NCBI RefSeq assembly: GCF_902652985.1
Contig: NC_047030.1
Span: 21,514,001 to 21,578,000, forward strand
Origin: Pecten maximus
Lineage: Eukaryota
Length of the DNA stretch: 64,000 nucleotides
Direction: 5' to 3'
Shown here: in pieces, positions 25,180 through 39,400 of the stretch
How the letters are laid out: each line of letters starts with the position of its first letter
How positions within the stretch are numbered: the first letter of the stretch is position 1
Program-made: the position numbers and the translations under genes
The notes under the pieces: model-generated
What the model was told of the DNA's origin: nothing
What the model saw: the letters and a program-made list of their open reading frames with translations, nothing else
Databases searched by the model: none

Positions 25180-26480
25180 AATACAATATCGTCAAAGTAT
25201 ATAACTAAATACACCACATCGTCAAAGTATATAACTAAATACACCACAGCGTCAAAATATATAACTAAATATACCACAGCGTCAAAGTATATAACTAAAT
25301 ATACCACATCGTCAAAGTATATATAAGTAAATACACCACAGCGTCAAATTATATATAACTAAAGATATCACATCGTCAAAGTATATAACTTAATATACCA
25401 CATCGTCAAAATATATAACTAAAGATACCACATCGTCAAAGTGTATAACGAAAGATACCACATCGTCGAAGTGTATAACTAAATACACCACAGCGTCAAA
25501 GTGTATATAACTAAAGCTACCACAGTGTCAAAGTATATAACTTAATATACCACCGTGTCAAAGTATATAACTTAATATACCACATCGTCAAAGTATATAA
25601 CTAAAGTTATCATATCGTCGAAGTATATAACTAAATACACCACAGCGTCAAAGTGTATATAACTAAAGTTACCACAGTGTCAAAGTATATAACTTAATAT
25701 ACCACAGTGTCAAAGTATATAACTTAATATACCACATCGTCAAAGTGTATAACTAAAGATACCACATCGTCAAAGTATATAACTAAATACACCACAGCGT
25801 CAAAGTGTATATAACTAAAGTTACCACAGTGTCAAAGTATATAACTTAATATACCACATCGTCAAATATATAACTAAATACACCACATCGTCAAAGTGTA
25901 TAACTAAATATACCACATCGTCAAAGTGTATATAACTAAAGTTACCACATCGTCAAAATATATAACTAAATATACCATATCGTCAAAATATATAACTAAA
26001 TATACCATACCGTCAAAGTATATAACTAAATACACCACATCGTCAAAGTATATAACTAAATATACCATAACGTCAAAATATATAACTAAATATACCATAT
26101 CGTCAAAGTATATAACTAAATATACCACATCGTCAAAGTATATAACTAAATATACCATAACGTCAAAATATATAACTAAATATACCATATCGTCAAAGTA
26201 TATAACTAAATACACCACATCGTCAAAGTGTATAACTAAATATACCACAGTGTCAAAGTATATAACTAAATATACCACATCGTTAAAGTGTATAACTAAA
26301 TACACCACAGCGTCAAAGTGTATATAACTAAAGTTACCACAGTGTCAAAGTATATAACTTAATATACCACAGTGTCAAAGTATATAACTAAATATACCAC
26401 ATCGTCAAAGTATATAACTTAATATACCACAGTGTCAAAGTATATAACTAAATATACCACATCGTCAAAGTATATAAATA
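25180..26480. repeat. 30-bp minisatellite (tatataactaaatataccacatcgtcaaag)
   Basis: About 43 units; explains the ORFs at 25122-26327. Confidence 0.97.
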
Positions 26481-27693
26481 AAGATACAGAAGTCATCTTT
26501 GCTAAATTACTTATGCTACTTTTGATAGGTGGTAATAAAATGAGGTATGTTAAATTGATAATTGTTGTATTGGGTCACTTGCTTTAACTGCATGTTAAAT
26601 ATAAGTTTTCTGGTGATCTTATCATCATGTATATCTTTTAGATCGCTTTGAATGTTGATGTCAACTTATAATTATCGCGGGCAAGATGTCTGTCTGTTAT
26701 AAGCTATTAGTCTAAATTTGGAGACGTGAAAAGAAATTCAAATCATCAGCCGCATGGACAATTTACAACTAAGTTGTATGATAAGCGTGATGATTTCATT
26801 TTCGACTACCAATAGAAAACAATGTTAAAGATTATGTATTGTCCTTCACAAGGTATATACCATCAATATGATTAACAATGTTTTTGTTATTTAACGTTAA
26901 CACATCATCAATATACCGTAAAGCTCTCCACTACTTGTTCTGACAAGATTTTCAATATAATTACCCTCATATGAAAACAAAAAACAGAAGGGCACAGTTT
27001 GCTTCTGTGAGTAGGCCAATAGTCTGTTGGAATACCTGTTCTCAAGAACAAATAAAGATGTCGTTCAGAAATTCAATCATTCCCACGATTTCATGTATTT
27101 CCTAGTCGTATTTTAGTGAATAACACTCCCGTGTAGTTTACAAGAATGTCCTTAAAACGTCGTTCGCCTCTCTTAAAAAAGAAAATTTCCATCACAAGAT
27201 ATGTGAGAGCTTCTCTAAACATGGCCTTCTTGTAACGTTTTAATTCGTTTAAATAGTGCCATGATTCAGAATATACATGTCCTTTACGGACTTTTGAAAT
27301 TTGATATTGAACATTATGCAATTTTTTGAAACATTGTTCCTTAACGCCTCACCATCCAGACTGTGACATTTCTATTTGACATATTTCGAGTCTTTTATGT
27401 TGCGTCCTAGATATCTTTAGGTCTTAACCATCACTGACGGATGTTTTTTTCGGTAGAAAAATCAGTCATATTGATAGGTTTTTTGGAGCGGGGTTTATGA
27501 TCACCAAAAGCTTTTTGGAGTTTTTTTGTAAACGAACATTCCATTATTTCAACTTTTGGAGCCAGTGTTAAAACGTATATGCTAAAAAGCATATCATTAC
27601 GGGTTGGAACAAAATCAAAGATCAAAGTTATTTCATGAGATTACGTTTTATCATAAGTCATTACAGAAGAAATATAGATATTTGCCATTATAA

Positions 27694-30600
27694 TTACACA
27701 ATATTATTGAAGGTGGACAAGGCTAACATCGTAACAGCGTATGTGTATGGCTCAGATGACCAGAATGGGAAGTAGCGATCCTGGTTATTAAAACCCGGGA
27801 AGTCAATGGGGGATTTCATTTCCGTCTCTTCATGCTTGTACCAGGTTTCATTCGGAACTCCTTGCATCCCCCGGATCACAGTCCCGTAATAATGGTGTCC
27901 CGAAGGAACTTTGGTTCCGTTGAAAAACTCATGTCTGTTCGCTGGATATTCGGACCAAGATGTCTTGAAAGAAAACCAAAGATACATATCCTTTTGTAAT
28001 CCAACTGAAGTCGTTCTAATTTCGTGTAATTAATAACGATATAGGCCGTGGCCATACGCAAAAAAAAACTAAAGGGATGTGAAAATGTTTACAACGGCAC
28101 CACTGCTGTTAAATATTTTGTATAAGATTGCAGTTGTTAATATATGCATAGTACATAATTCCAGTAAACCTCTATGTACAAAATGTATTTCAAATATACA
28201 ATTGATTTGTAGTTTTTGAAAGGAAAAGCTTTGAAAGATCCCCCTTTCTCGATTAAATCTTTGAAAGGTTTGGACTTGATCTGTAAGACCTACAAATCTA
28301 CTGGTATAATAAAAATGTTCAAAGTAAGTAGACCATTTACCCCTGAACCTTTGACAGAACCGGAAAAGAATGCGTTCCATGGTTTGTAGTCCCCGGATAA
28401 TACGTAGGTATCCAAAAACTTCACAGCACGTGCTACAACGTCCTTGACCTGTTTCGGTGTTGCTGGAAAACAAGAATACCAGTTCGATAACAAAACCGTT
28501 ATTCTAACTCAAAGCCGAGAAAATTTTGGCAAAAAATTGACAAAAGATATAGATTGCATGGATACCCTTACAAAAGTACAGAAAAGATAAAAGAAATGTA
28601 GGCCAAATCTGGGTTAATTCATGTTCTCAAAATGGGAGTAAGGGTGACAACGAAACCAGAAGGCATATCGACAACCAACGAACACGTCGGTCTTTACACA
28701 AGGAAACATATTTCCAAAGGAGAGATCGAAAAAAAAATGATTAAAATTTAATGATGCCACGTCAATCTTGCAGATAACACTAAAAAGTAAGTTATGGCAA
28801 TGGTTATACATGTGTATCGGCTTCGTGTAATTGAATTTCATTTTGGATATCTCTCAGAAGTACAGTTTTTACACTTGTTGTACATCTTACTTTGATTCCA
28901 GATCAGCGTTCCGGATTTCTCCTCGAATGAAGTCCATATTGTGATAAGGGCATTAGCGGCCATAGCGGTGGTAAACAAACGATCCTCGCCGTATTTCTGT
29001 AAACAGACATCATAAGTAAAGTAAGTATTTTAGCATGCACAAACAGAAAAATAAACGGCTGTACACCTGCGTGAGAGCAGATAAAACTACAAGCTAAGCT
29101 ACGTACACGTTTGTTACATAACCTAAGCAAGCCAACGTGGGGGTTGTACGCTCTACCCATTGCAATTTAGGTGTCGTAGATCGTGAGTTCGAGGGCCGTC
29201 GTACAAAAAACCTTTGTCATTTGTGTTAATATGTTATATATCTCAAAATTGACAAAATGTATCATTCGCACCCTGTTCTTGATCACAAGGTTAAAGATTT
29301 AATTTTCCTGTCCTGATTGCACTGTTTTGAATATATCTGCAGTATATTGTATATAAAAAATTTTATCAACAACGAAAATTAACCAATGTTCTTTTTTCGA
29401 AAGGGAAGTAATATTGGCCCTAACAGGTTACCAAACCAACAAAGTCAGAAAAGAACATTCCCACTGCAGATGGCCTTGAAGCATGTACCTAGAGTAATAG
29501 TATACTATTACAATATACTTAAGTAAATATCCAATTCCGTGTCATGTTAGATTCGTTATTAGCATATTTCTCATAAGAAAAGTACAAACCACGGGTTTCC
29601 CTTCAGCGTCAGTATCCCCGTCCCCAAGAAAATCATCATAATAAACCATATCGGTTCCCATCGGCACGGCTTCCTTCAACATTATGGTTGTAGCGTTATT
29701 CTTCAGGGCGCTACCTAAAATATCCATGGCCGTTTTCATAGTCTGTGAAAAAGAAGGTTTCATTAAATGTGCAGTAGTTTATAGATGTACAAATGCCATA
29801 TTTAGATGAATTTTTAGATTTTTTTTTTTCAATTTGCCCTTTTGCAATGCATCAATATTTGCATCAGTCTATTATGTATACAGAGTACTTCCATGATATC
29901 ACTTTAGAAAAGCATGAGTTTCATTAAATGTGCTTTGTTTGACATATGGTTGCAATGGTAGATGAATGCCCCAATTCTGGTCGTACTTTATCGATACCTT
30001 AACTCAGATGTGTTAAATGACATAAGTCCGTTGGTATTGATTTGTTTTTAATACATGTAATTATTATGCTGTAAACAAACTCTTTCTGACGTATTTAAAT
30101 GTTAGCTGGTAACATAATCTAAACAAATTAGCACAATTGCGAATTCGAACACCCGCAGTACTTTACCATAGACAACAATGGACAGAAACTGTAATTAGCA
30201 CATTCATAACTTAAGCGAATTTAGTTCAGCACGAAAATTGCGAAAATAAAATAATTCCATTTGCTCAGCATTGCCTTATTTCCAAAGGAGGCAGTTTAAT
30301 GTTTAAATAACTGCTAAAATAGCTAAGTACATGTATAATAATTGCAGTACAAATTATCTAGAAAATAACACTTCGCTCGTCAAAAGAGATCTACTTGTAT
30401 CCGGAAAATTCGAGATTACAATATTCTAAGACAATGAATGAAAGCCTAAGTATCAAACTGGTTTAGTAGTAAAGTTTGACCTACGCTGGATCTTTACGAA
30501 TGAGTTCAACCAAAACAGTTCCTTGGAAACTTTTGAAACTAAGGGAGATAATTAATATATATTTGCCCTGTAAATCCTGTACATATTGTATGAACAAACT

Positions 30601-33600
30601 TTCAGTGTCGCGCTATCTATGACGTAAGCGCTATGTGGTAGCCTTAATTTGGTATACTTTCGAGACACTAGATTATTGCAGCGCCTTGTACATTTCTGGA
30701 GCGTACTTTTCCACAAAGAGCAATTTGTTTCAGAACAGGAAAAAAACCAAAAACAACAAAAAACAACAACAAAAAAACAAACAAAAAATAATGGGGACTA
30801 GCTTCTGATGAAAAGGCCGGGTAGGTATTCTATACTATTTTCTCTTGTTTCAATACAGCCAGTACAATAACAGTTCTTCGTCCCTATGAAACAATGATAT
30901 TAATATGTTCCCTTGCTGTAACCCGATATGAACAATGGCCAGTAGAACTGAATAAAGCAATGTTACACAACTTTCCAGAATATTTTAGCACGATGGCATT
31001 AAGGTTTTTAATACCCGGTCAGTATTTGATGCGATATGCCTTCTGAAATGAAAAGCTGTTACAACCGCCATCCCCCTTACCGAGCTTTGTATACATCTGT
31101 TATGAGAGAGGTTGTTTTATCACCCGATTGCAACGAAAAATATTAGAGCCGTTGTTCAAAAAGTAAAAAAGTTCAATTTTAACGAAACCGGGGGTATAGT
31201 CATAACAAGATCACATACTGGATATCTTTATTTGTGAAATATCATCCAGAATTAATTGATGGGCAGATGTCATAAAATGTCATATTTTGAGAATGAACGA
31301 GTTTTTGCTGTTTCTTTTGCAATGAATCAATATTTAGATACTTAAGTAAATATATATGCATACGGTGTACCTCTATACTATTAATCAGTTAATATTCAAA
31401 ACTGTTTTGTTCTTTCAATTGAAAAAAAAAAGAAATTCTAGAGATTTCTGAAAACTTACTACACGATTGTTGTCTACTTACGTAGTGAGGAAGGCCATTA
31501 TAGGTATAACGTCTCAGTAGTTGACTGTAGGTCCTGGCCACGAACCAGTAGAACTCTATAGCTGACGGGTAGTAGGTCAGTGCTAGGTCCGGCCGGCTGG
31601 AGAAATTGGTGTTTATCTGGTAGGCTATCATTGTTGACGTGTTCAGGTAGATTTGCTAGATTTTTTTTATATAAATGTTTATCGTAATAAATTGAATACA
31701 TTTTGAAATGTTAACCTTTCATCACTTTTTGTTCGCTTGTCATGTCAATTTATTATTATCAATAGAGGAAAATTATTATATTTTCAATTACATATTAAAG
31801 GAACACAATGTTCTTTTCCATTGTACTAGTGTGAAAGCTATGTAAACTATTTCATATTAGATATCAATGTATGTTACACAAAACAAACGTTGTTCACTAG
31901 ATAAAATACTAGTTGTATACATCTGTAACATGTTCTCGCGTTTGACATTATTTTGAATTACTTTAAACCTAAATTACATTTTAAAAGTCACGGAATCAAA
32001 CAAATTGAGATATATTATATATAAGACATTATATCATAAGATTTTAAAAAATTGACAAATTTCATTATATTGCTGACTGATATTCTTGTACATGTGCTTT
32101 TACAATGTGTCACCTGCATATCTGGATCTTCCAAGACCTCCGCCGTGACGAGACCGGTAAGTATGCTGTTGGTGATTCCAAATAAGGCATTGGCCGCCAC
32201 CGTGATGTCGACGTTATTGACGTTGCCAGGGGTTACTACTCCCTTGAAGTACTGTGTCTTAATATCCTCAAGGTCCTGTACCTGTAGTTAATACACAAAA
32301 TGATTCATAAACGTGTAATCATTGAAATGGACATCAGTTGAAGTTCAGTTGCCTGCTATTTATTTCATTGTACGGGACTTTATTTGACAAGAAAGGTGAC
32401 CGGTGTAAATACGTTTGAACATACTTGAAAGTAAATGTTTTTCATAAAACAAGTTAGGATATGTTGATTTTTAAGAAATTAAACTCCTGGTTGAGATTAA
32501 AATCTTTGTTGGGTTTGTTAGTTTGGTCATACAAGTTTGGCACACTATGGGAAAACCATATTCCCACTAAGTCATATGATAAGCGTGATGACTGATTCAA
32601 CATACTATGACTTGTTTTCAGTTTTCAATATCGTGAAAGATGTCTGCACTAACGCAAAATTTCGAGATATGCATGTTAATTGAGCTCATTATCTCATTTT
32701 CAAATGTCTGACATTCTTGTTGCTCTTTAGTTTCTAGATGGGACCGTTACTTCTACCCCAGTTCTCATTTTGGGAATGCGACATTGTTTCTGACCTAGAC
32801 TAACCGCGCGAGTGTTGTTAACAAATCATTTTACGCTTATGCTTTCTAATACCTGGTTTTATTGTACCTTTTTACGTTTAATAAACGTTATCACACAATA
32901 AGGCCAATTATATTGAAGAAATGTAGTATCGTCGTTGTAAGTTTCTCTTATTGTAACTAGTGTTTGTGGTGAGAGAGAAATACATGTCAAATTTTACAAA
33001 AATAGACAAAATACCAAATACAGCCAGTACAAACCCATGTTGTTACTAACGCAACATCTTCATTCTTTGACTTTGCCAGTTCGAGGAATTTACGCATGTA
33101 GACATATGTACGAGTGTCGATGGTATCCACGCGTTTATTCCCAGAGAGAGGTCGGTAGGCGTAGTGTTTGATAGCGCTGAATACGGAGGACAAGTTCGAG
33201 TTCCGGGACTGCCAAAGCGCATTGGATTGTGGGAAATCAATGATGCCTTCCTTCAACAGTGACCCCAGACCTAGGTTCACGGATGTGTCATCAAAGTCTG
33301 GAGGTATACGGAACACATGTTCATAACCTGATCTGAAAATAGAGATATAGGAATCAGTACTTAGTAAGCCGCCGGCAGTTGTATTTGAAACTCAAGAGAA
33401 TTTTGGGATTTTCATTTGATAATTGTTTAGTTGTGATATAGCATGGCAGTATGTATACAGACCTTTCGTCTAGACATTTGGCGTATATACTATACCAAAG
33501 TTAGCTTTTATGCAGCAGCGATAGAATGCTATATTTTCATGTCATGAATTACTCTAATGGATTTAGAAGAATATTAGTAATTCTAAATTAATGACTATGA

Positions 33601-34593
33601 AAGATAGTTGGTCGACCTTTCCTTAAACTATCGAATATTTCATTAACTCAATTCACTATCTAGTTTATATTCAATGAGAACATTTAAAAGTAACCTTTAA
33701 TTGAGAAAAAGGTAACAATCGATCAGTTTGGGGAAATGGGTCATATATATTGTTTTTAAGGTGGTTATATTTACTTGGAGGCTAGCAGCCTCTTCATAAT
33801 ATCGACGACGTCCTTTAGGCCTAGTTTTTCCATCTCGGCATAAACAGCATTCCAGTTGATAAGATCAGTGGCGTTAAACATGGACAGAAGGTTAATGGGG
33901 GTGCTGACCCAACCCTAAAATATACAAACATTGACAGTAAGTTAATGGGAGTGCTCAACCAACCCTAGAATATACAAATATTAACAGTAATTTAATGGGA
34001 GTGATGACCCAACCCTAGAATATACAAATATTAACAGTAATTTAATGGGAATGCTCAACCAACCCTGAAATATTTTATCATTGACAGTTAATTTAAGGGT
34101 GTAATGACTCCACCTTCACCCACTTTCCCTCCCAATGACTTACTTGATAGGCTTCGTCGTACTCCTGAGGCCAAAATGCCATAATTGAGTTCGTATAGTT
34201 GCTGTTCTTTTCGTTGTGATTGTCCATTAAAATCTGTATTGACATACTAATCTGCTCTTCGGAGGGCTTCGGTGCTTTTCCGTAACGATAAGCTTCCAAA
34301 AGACATGATGTAATCCAAGCAGTTGCAAACATATTATTGTCAAATACTTCGAACTCGTAACGAAGAGCGCTCATGTCGGGGTTTCCATGAAAGTACTGCC
34401 TGACATCACTTTCATAGATTCCACGAAATTTTCCCCAGAACACTGGCGGTATTGAAGGAACCGTTCTTTGTACCTGCATCAACTTTATTCTTTTGAATAA
34501 TTCTGTAACTGTCGATCCCACGTCACCATTAGCGGGATTTAAAACAGCAATGCATCCCAACAGCACCACAAACAACATGACGTTTCTCTCCAT
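27694..34593 (-). CDS. Uncharacterised secreted ~626-aa protein with DxDDT motif, putative (alpha/alpha)6 class II terpene-cyclase-like fold; paralog A
   Basis: Exons 34593-34144, 33914-33775, 33332-33035, 32281-32114, 31655-31482, 29742-29590, 28996-28891, 28462-28341 and 27963-27694, all GT-AG, 1881 nt in frame. Signal peptide MERNVMLFVVLLGCIAVLNPANG. Motifs PPDFDDTS, NNVDITVAAN and TYYPSAIEFYWF. The gene structure is solid; the function is inferred. Confidence 0.85.
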
Positions 34594-34670
34594 GGCTAAA
34601 GACCAACAACCAACGACAAACAACACCGACACTCACGCGTGTATGTGACCACGTCCTGTTGGCAGACGGG

Positions 34671-34677
34671 TTATATA
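34671..34677 (-). promoter_or_regulatory. TATA box of paralog A
   Basis: TATATAA ~80 nt upstream of the ATG; identical in paralog B (42648-42654). Confidence 0.65.
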
Positions 34678-34977
34678 GAGTTCTTATCTTGGGCACAATC
34701 AACACCTTATCATGTACCAATCACAGTGTTAACATGGGATTCCGATCCAGGTCGTCTATGAATGTAATTTGTGTATTATATTCCTTGGTAATTGTATTTT
34801 TTCTTTTTTAGAGCTTATATCGTTAATTTTTTTCTTTGTCTATTTACGTATTTCCTTATTTCATTTTATATGTATTTTTAGATATTCAATTATTTCAATA
34901 CAAAATGTCGTTATGATATGTATTCATTTCCTAAGAAAGCAAGCCATATAAATTCACAATGCAATGCATTTAGATCC

Positions 34978-35308
34978 TTTACTGAAGCATACTGGACAAC
35001 AGCAGGACACCCCATTAAACATTAGACTGACCACAGACGAACCAGTCGTCCCATTCTTAAAATGCTGAGCTTTAAGCAGAAGTAGAAACTATAAGTTTGA
35101 AAAACCACTGGTAAGTCTCGGCCTAAGGACGGAACCCAAATCTATCCACAGAGGGACCGAACGCTCAACTAGAAGTAGAAGTAATTAGTCAGTGTCAATG
35201 AAGAAGAAAGATGTTTAGAAAAAATAAAAAAGATAAGATTCCAAATGTAGTCGCCTTTTCCGATCATGCAACAGGAGCAGCAGAGAAAAGATCTTACCCC
35301 AGGGCACT
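34978..35308 (-). mobile_element. Decayed Meta-type SINE copy including the 5' leader
   Basis: Matches the reverse complement of ~12471-12820; a more decayed copy lies at ~45950-46210. Confidence 0.7.
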
Positions 35309-35517
35309 TGAATTCAGGAAGTTAAATTTTAAAATGTATTGTTGCTTTCAAAAATATTCGACATTTTGTGTGTTTCTATTATTACTATCAATTAGACTTG
35401 TTCACTGCCTGTTAGTATGGAGTAAGCTTTTGGGCTTAATGTTTAGTTTGTGAAGTTGTTGCTTATCTATCAGTTTAGTTTATTGATGGTACAAGTGCAA
35501 CGCTTAAGGAATGTTTC

Positions 35518-35835
35518 GCCAGTTTGTATCTAATGACTTCCTTCTCCAGTTTGTATCTAACGGCTTCCTTCTCAAGTTTGTATCTAACGGCTTCCTTCTC
35601 TAGTTTGTATCTAATGGCTTCCTTCTCAAGTTTGCATCCAACGGCTTCCTTCTCCAGTTTGTATATAACGGCTTACTTCTCCATTTTGTATCTAACGGCT
35701 TCCTTACCCCAGTTTGTATCTAACGGCTTACTTCTCCATTTTGTATCTAACGACTTCCTTCTCTAGTTTGTCCCTCATGGCTTCCTTCTCCACTTTGTGT
35801 CTGACGTCTTCCCTCTCAATTAGTACCTAACGGTT
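35518..35835. repeat. 27-bp minisatellite (agtttgtatctaacggcttccttctcc)
   Basis: About 11 tandem units. Confidence 0.95.
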
Positions 35836-36428
35836 TGTTTCTTTACATTAAGTTTCAGATATGTTGGCGAGTGCTGCTTCAACGCTACATTAAATTCGAT
35901 TGGTCAGTATGATAGCTTAACAGTCTGTCTGTTGGAATTCTGTTGATTACGTCAATAACTTCTTAGTTTCCTCCCTTTTATGATTTTATTCCCATACATT
36001 CTTGAATTATTTACCAGCCACGATTCTCTATCTATATCTCCGCCTATCAAATCCATTCTTCCCTTTCTCTGTCATTTGCCACATAAGCTTTGCATCTGCC
36101 GCAGTTTCGAGTCTATTCACTTTCTTATCACAGTTTTGGTATCTGACTTTCCGTAAGTTTGTTTCACCATTCACTCTTGTGGCTGCCAGTACATATTGTA
36201 TTCTAAGACTTGGACATAAACATGTTTTGGACTGTTATAAACCTAACAAACAGTCATCTCTTGCTAAAATATCACAATAAAGTCATTATTGATGCCGTCA
36301 CATTATGTAAAATAACATAATTGATTAGTAGAGAGTTTTATATTGATTTATTTATGTTTTTCGTTGTTCATATATTTACAAAATATTTTAATTCAATACA
36401 GAGAAAATACCTATATTTGCGATTATAA

Positions 36429-39400
36429 TCAAACAATATTATTGAAAGTAGACAGGGCTAACATCGTAACAGCGTATGTGTATGGCTCAGATGACCAGAA
36501 TGGGAAATAGTTTTTCTGATTATTAAAACCCGGGAAGTCAATGGGAGATCTAATTGCCGCCTCCTCTTCCTTGTACCAGGTTTCATTCGGAACTCCTTGC
36601 ATCCCCCGGATCACAGTCCCGTAATAATGGTGTCCCGAAGGAACTTTGGTCCCGTTGAAAAACTCATGTCGATTCGCTGGATATTCGGACCAAGATGTCT
36701 TGAAAGAAAAAATACATATTTTTATGTAATCTAGCTGATGAAGTTCGGTTGTTATATATATATATTGATTTATTGATTGACATTTATTTATTAAGATGAA
36801 ATCATTTAATTATGACAACTGATAAATATATGAGGTTATGACATAGGTATTTATCCCTATATAAGATAACCTATGTATATGATGCAATGAGAATGCAATG
36901 AAAAGTTCACTGTCTACAATGAATTTTGAAATTTTATAATCTCCAGTTAGATATTTGGCCCTGGATACAGATATCATTATCGTTTGTAGATTATTTACCC
37001 CTGAACCTTTGAAGGAACCAGAAAAGAAAGCATTCCATGGTTTGTAATCCCCAGATAATATGTAGGTATCCAAAAACTTCACAGCACGTGTTACAACGTC
37101 CTTGACTTGTTTTGGTGTAGCTGAAATTACATGTTATTGTTATATAAAGCATACCTCCAAGTCAGACATCGGTTTTAATTGAACGACACAGACCAATACA
37201 TGCTTTTATAAGACATAACTTGGTTATGCATTGCTATCCAAAAAACCTATACACACTAATTTGACTTATCTAAAATTATAGGTGAAGCAGAAGTGTTACA
37301 ATGCCTTGAAGATTACTAATTTGTCGGTGACAATGGCAAATTTTCAAAAAAATAATTCATCCCGATAAAGATCAGGGGGTCAACAAGGGAGGGACCAATT
37401 TTCCAAACATTCCAAAAATACATCAGAAACAGTTTTTAACGGTGTATCATAACAATACTCTCCACGAATTATCCCTAAAATATACAACTTTTATAGTATT
37501 TTGTGAAAATATGCTTTCAATTCAACAACATTTCTAAAAAGGTAAATTATTTCAAAAATGTTGCATTTTGAGGATTGCTATATCAATAACTAGACCGACT
37601 ATCAATAGACTAAAAAAGCATTACTGTAAGAAGCTATCATAGAAAATATACATCACACAATATTTTATTTTTATACCGAATTTCAACTTTTTTCTGCCAA
37701 ATGGATTTATGGGTGATAGTGTATTTATTCAATTAGCATACAAATACCAGTTGGATATTGGCAAAAAATAAATCTAAAATTAACTTCATTAAGAAGATTG
37801 AACATTGAATTACAACATTGACGAAGACACGTTAATCTTACAACCCAAGATTGTATACAATACTAGTAATACCCGAGGAAATGAATTCCTCTTCGGATAT
37901 GTATCGTTGTACTTCATCTTACTTTGATTCCAGATCAGCGTTCCGGATTTCTCCTCGAATGACGTCCATATTGTGATAAGGGCATTAGCGGCCATAGCGG
38001 TGGTAAACAAACGATCCTCGCCGTATTTCTGTCAACAGACATCAGTAGTAAAGTAAGTATTTTAGCATGGACAAAGTCAAGATAAACAAAAGAACAAAAT
38101 GCATAGATAAAATACGTTCATATTTGTGTTGCCTAAAGCAAGCTATTATGGGAATGGAACGCTTTGCCAATTATCCTACTCCTTTAATCACTAGATTGGT
38201 ACTCAAGTACACCTATATTTGGAGTATAGTGTATGTAAAAATGTAATGCTAACAAAGAAAGACTAATATTTTTTCTCGCAGGTTGAAGTGATATTGGAAT
38301 TTGACCCGTTACCATAGCCATGAAAGTCAGCAAAGAACATTTCCACTGCAGATTGCCTTGAAGCTTGTACCTAGAGTAAAAGTATACTATTACGATATAC
38401 TTAAGTAAATATCCAATTCCGTCTTATGTTAGGTTCGTTATGAGCATATTTTTCATAAGAAAAGTACAAACCACGGGTTTCCCTTCAGCGTCAGTATCCC
38501 CGTCCCCAAGAAAATCATCATAATAAACCATATCGGTTCCCATCGGCACGGCTTCCTTCAACATTATGGTTGTAGCGTTATTCTTCAGGGCGCTACCTAA
38601 AATATCCATGGCCGTTTTCATAGTCTGTGAAAAAAGAAGGTTTCATTAAATGAGCTATATTACATAGATCTATGAGTACCATATTAAGATGAGTGATTTC
38701 AATTTGCCTTTTTTGCAATGCATCAATATTTGCACCAGTCTATTATGAATACATGGCGCTTCCACTTTATTCATATGGATGCTTGTTTTATCTAAAAATG
38801 TTATTGATTTTTTTTAAAGATTGCTTAAAACTTTCTATATTGACGAAGCAGGACGGGCAAGACATCTACTACACGATTGTTTTCTGCTTACGTAGTGAGG
38901 AAGGCCATTATAGGTATAACGCCTCAGTAGTTGAGTGTAGGTCCTGGCCACGAACCAGTAGAACTCTATAGCTGACGGGTAGTAGGTCAGTGCTAGGTCC
39001 GGCCGGCTGGAGAAATTGGTGTTTATCTGGTAGGCTATCATTGTTGACGTGTTCAGGTAGATTTGCTAGATTTTTTATATAAATGTTTATCGCAATGAAT
39101 TCAATTTCGAAGTATATTTTAAACTGCTAGCATCTCATCAGTTTTTTGTTTTGTTTTTGTTTTTGTTTTTTAGTTTTAGTTTTTATCGCTCGTCATGTCA
39201 GTGTTGTTAGGGACTGCTAAGACCTTGACAACAACTTGCATGTATTGTTATCAGTAGAGGAAAATTATTATAATATTATTTCCATTTGCTTATTTCAATA
39301 AGACAATATTCAGTTTCATTAACATCTTCTAGTCTGTAAATCTTGTGAGCTGTTTCAGATCAGTAATTGTTACACAAAACCAACATAGTATAATTCACTT

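Noticed and set aside
25122-26327. Repetitive ORFs (VYLVIYFDD / KYITKYTTSS)
   Set aside because: Translations of a 30-bp minisatellite, broken by 2-nt indels.
26750-26810. TKLYDKRDDF retroelement RT-like fragment
   Set aside because: Too short and decayed to delimit an element.
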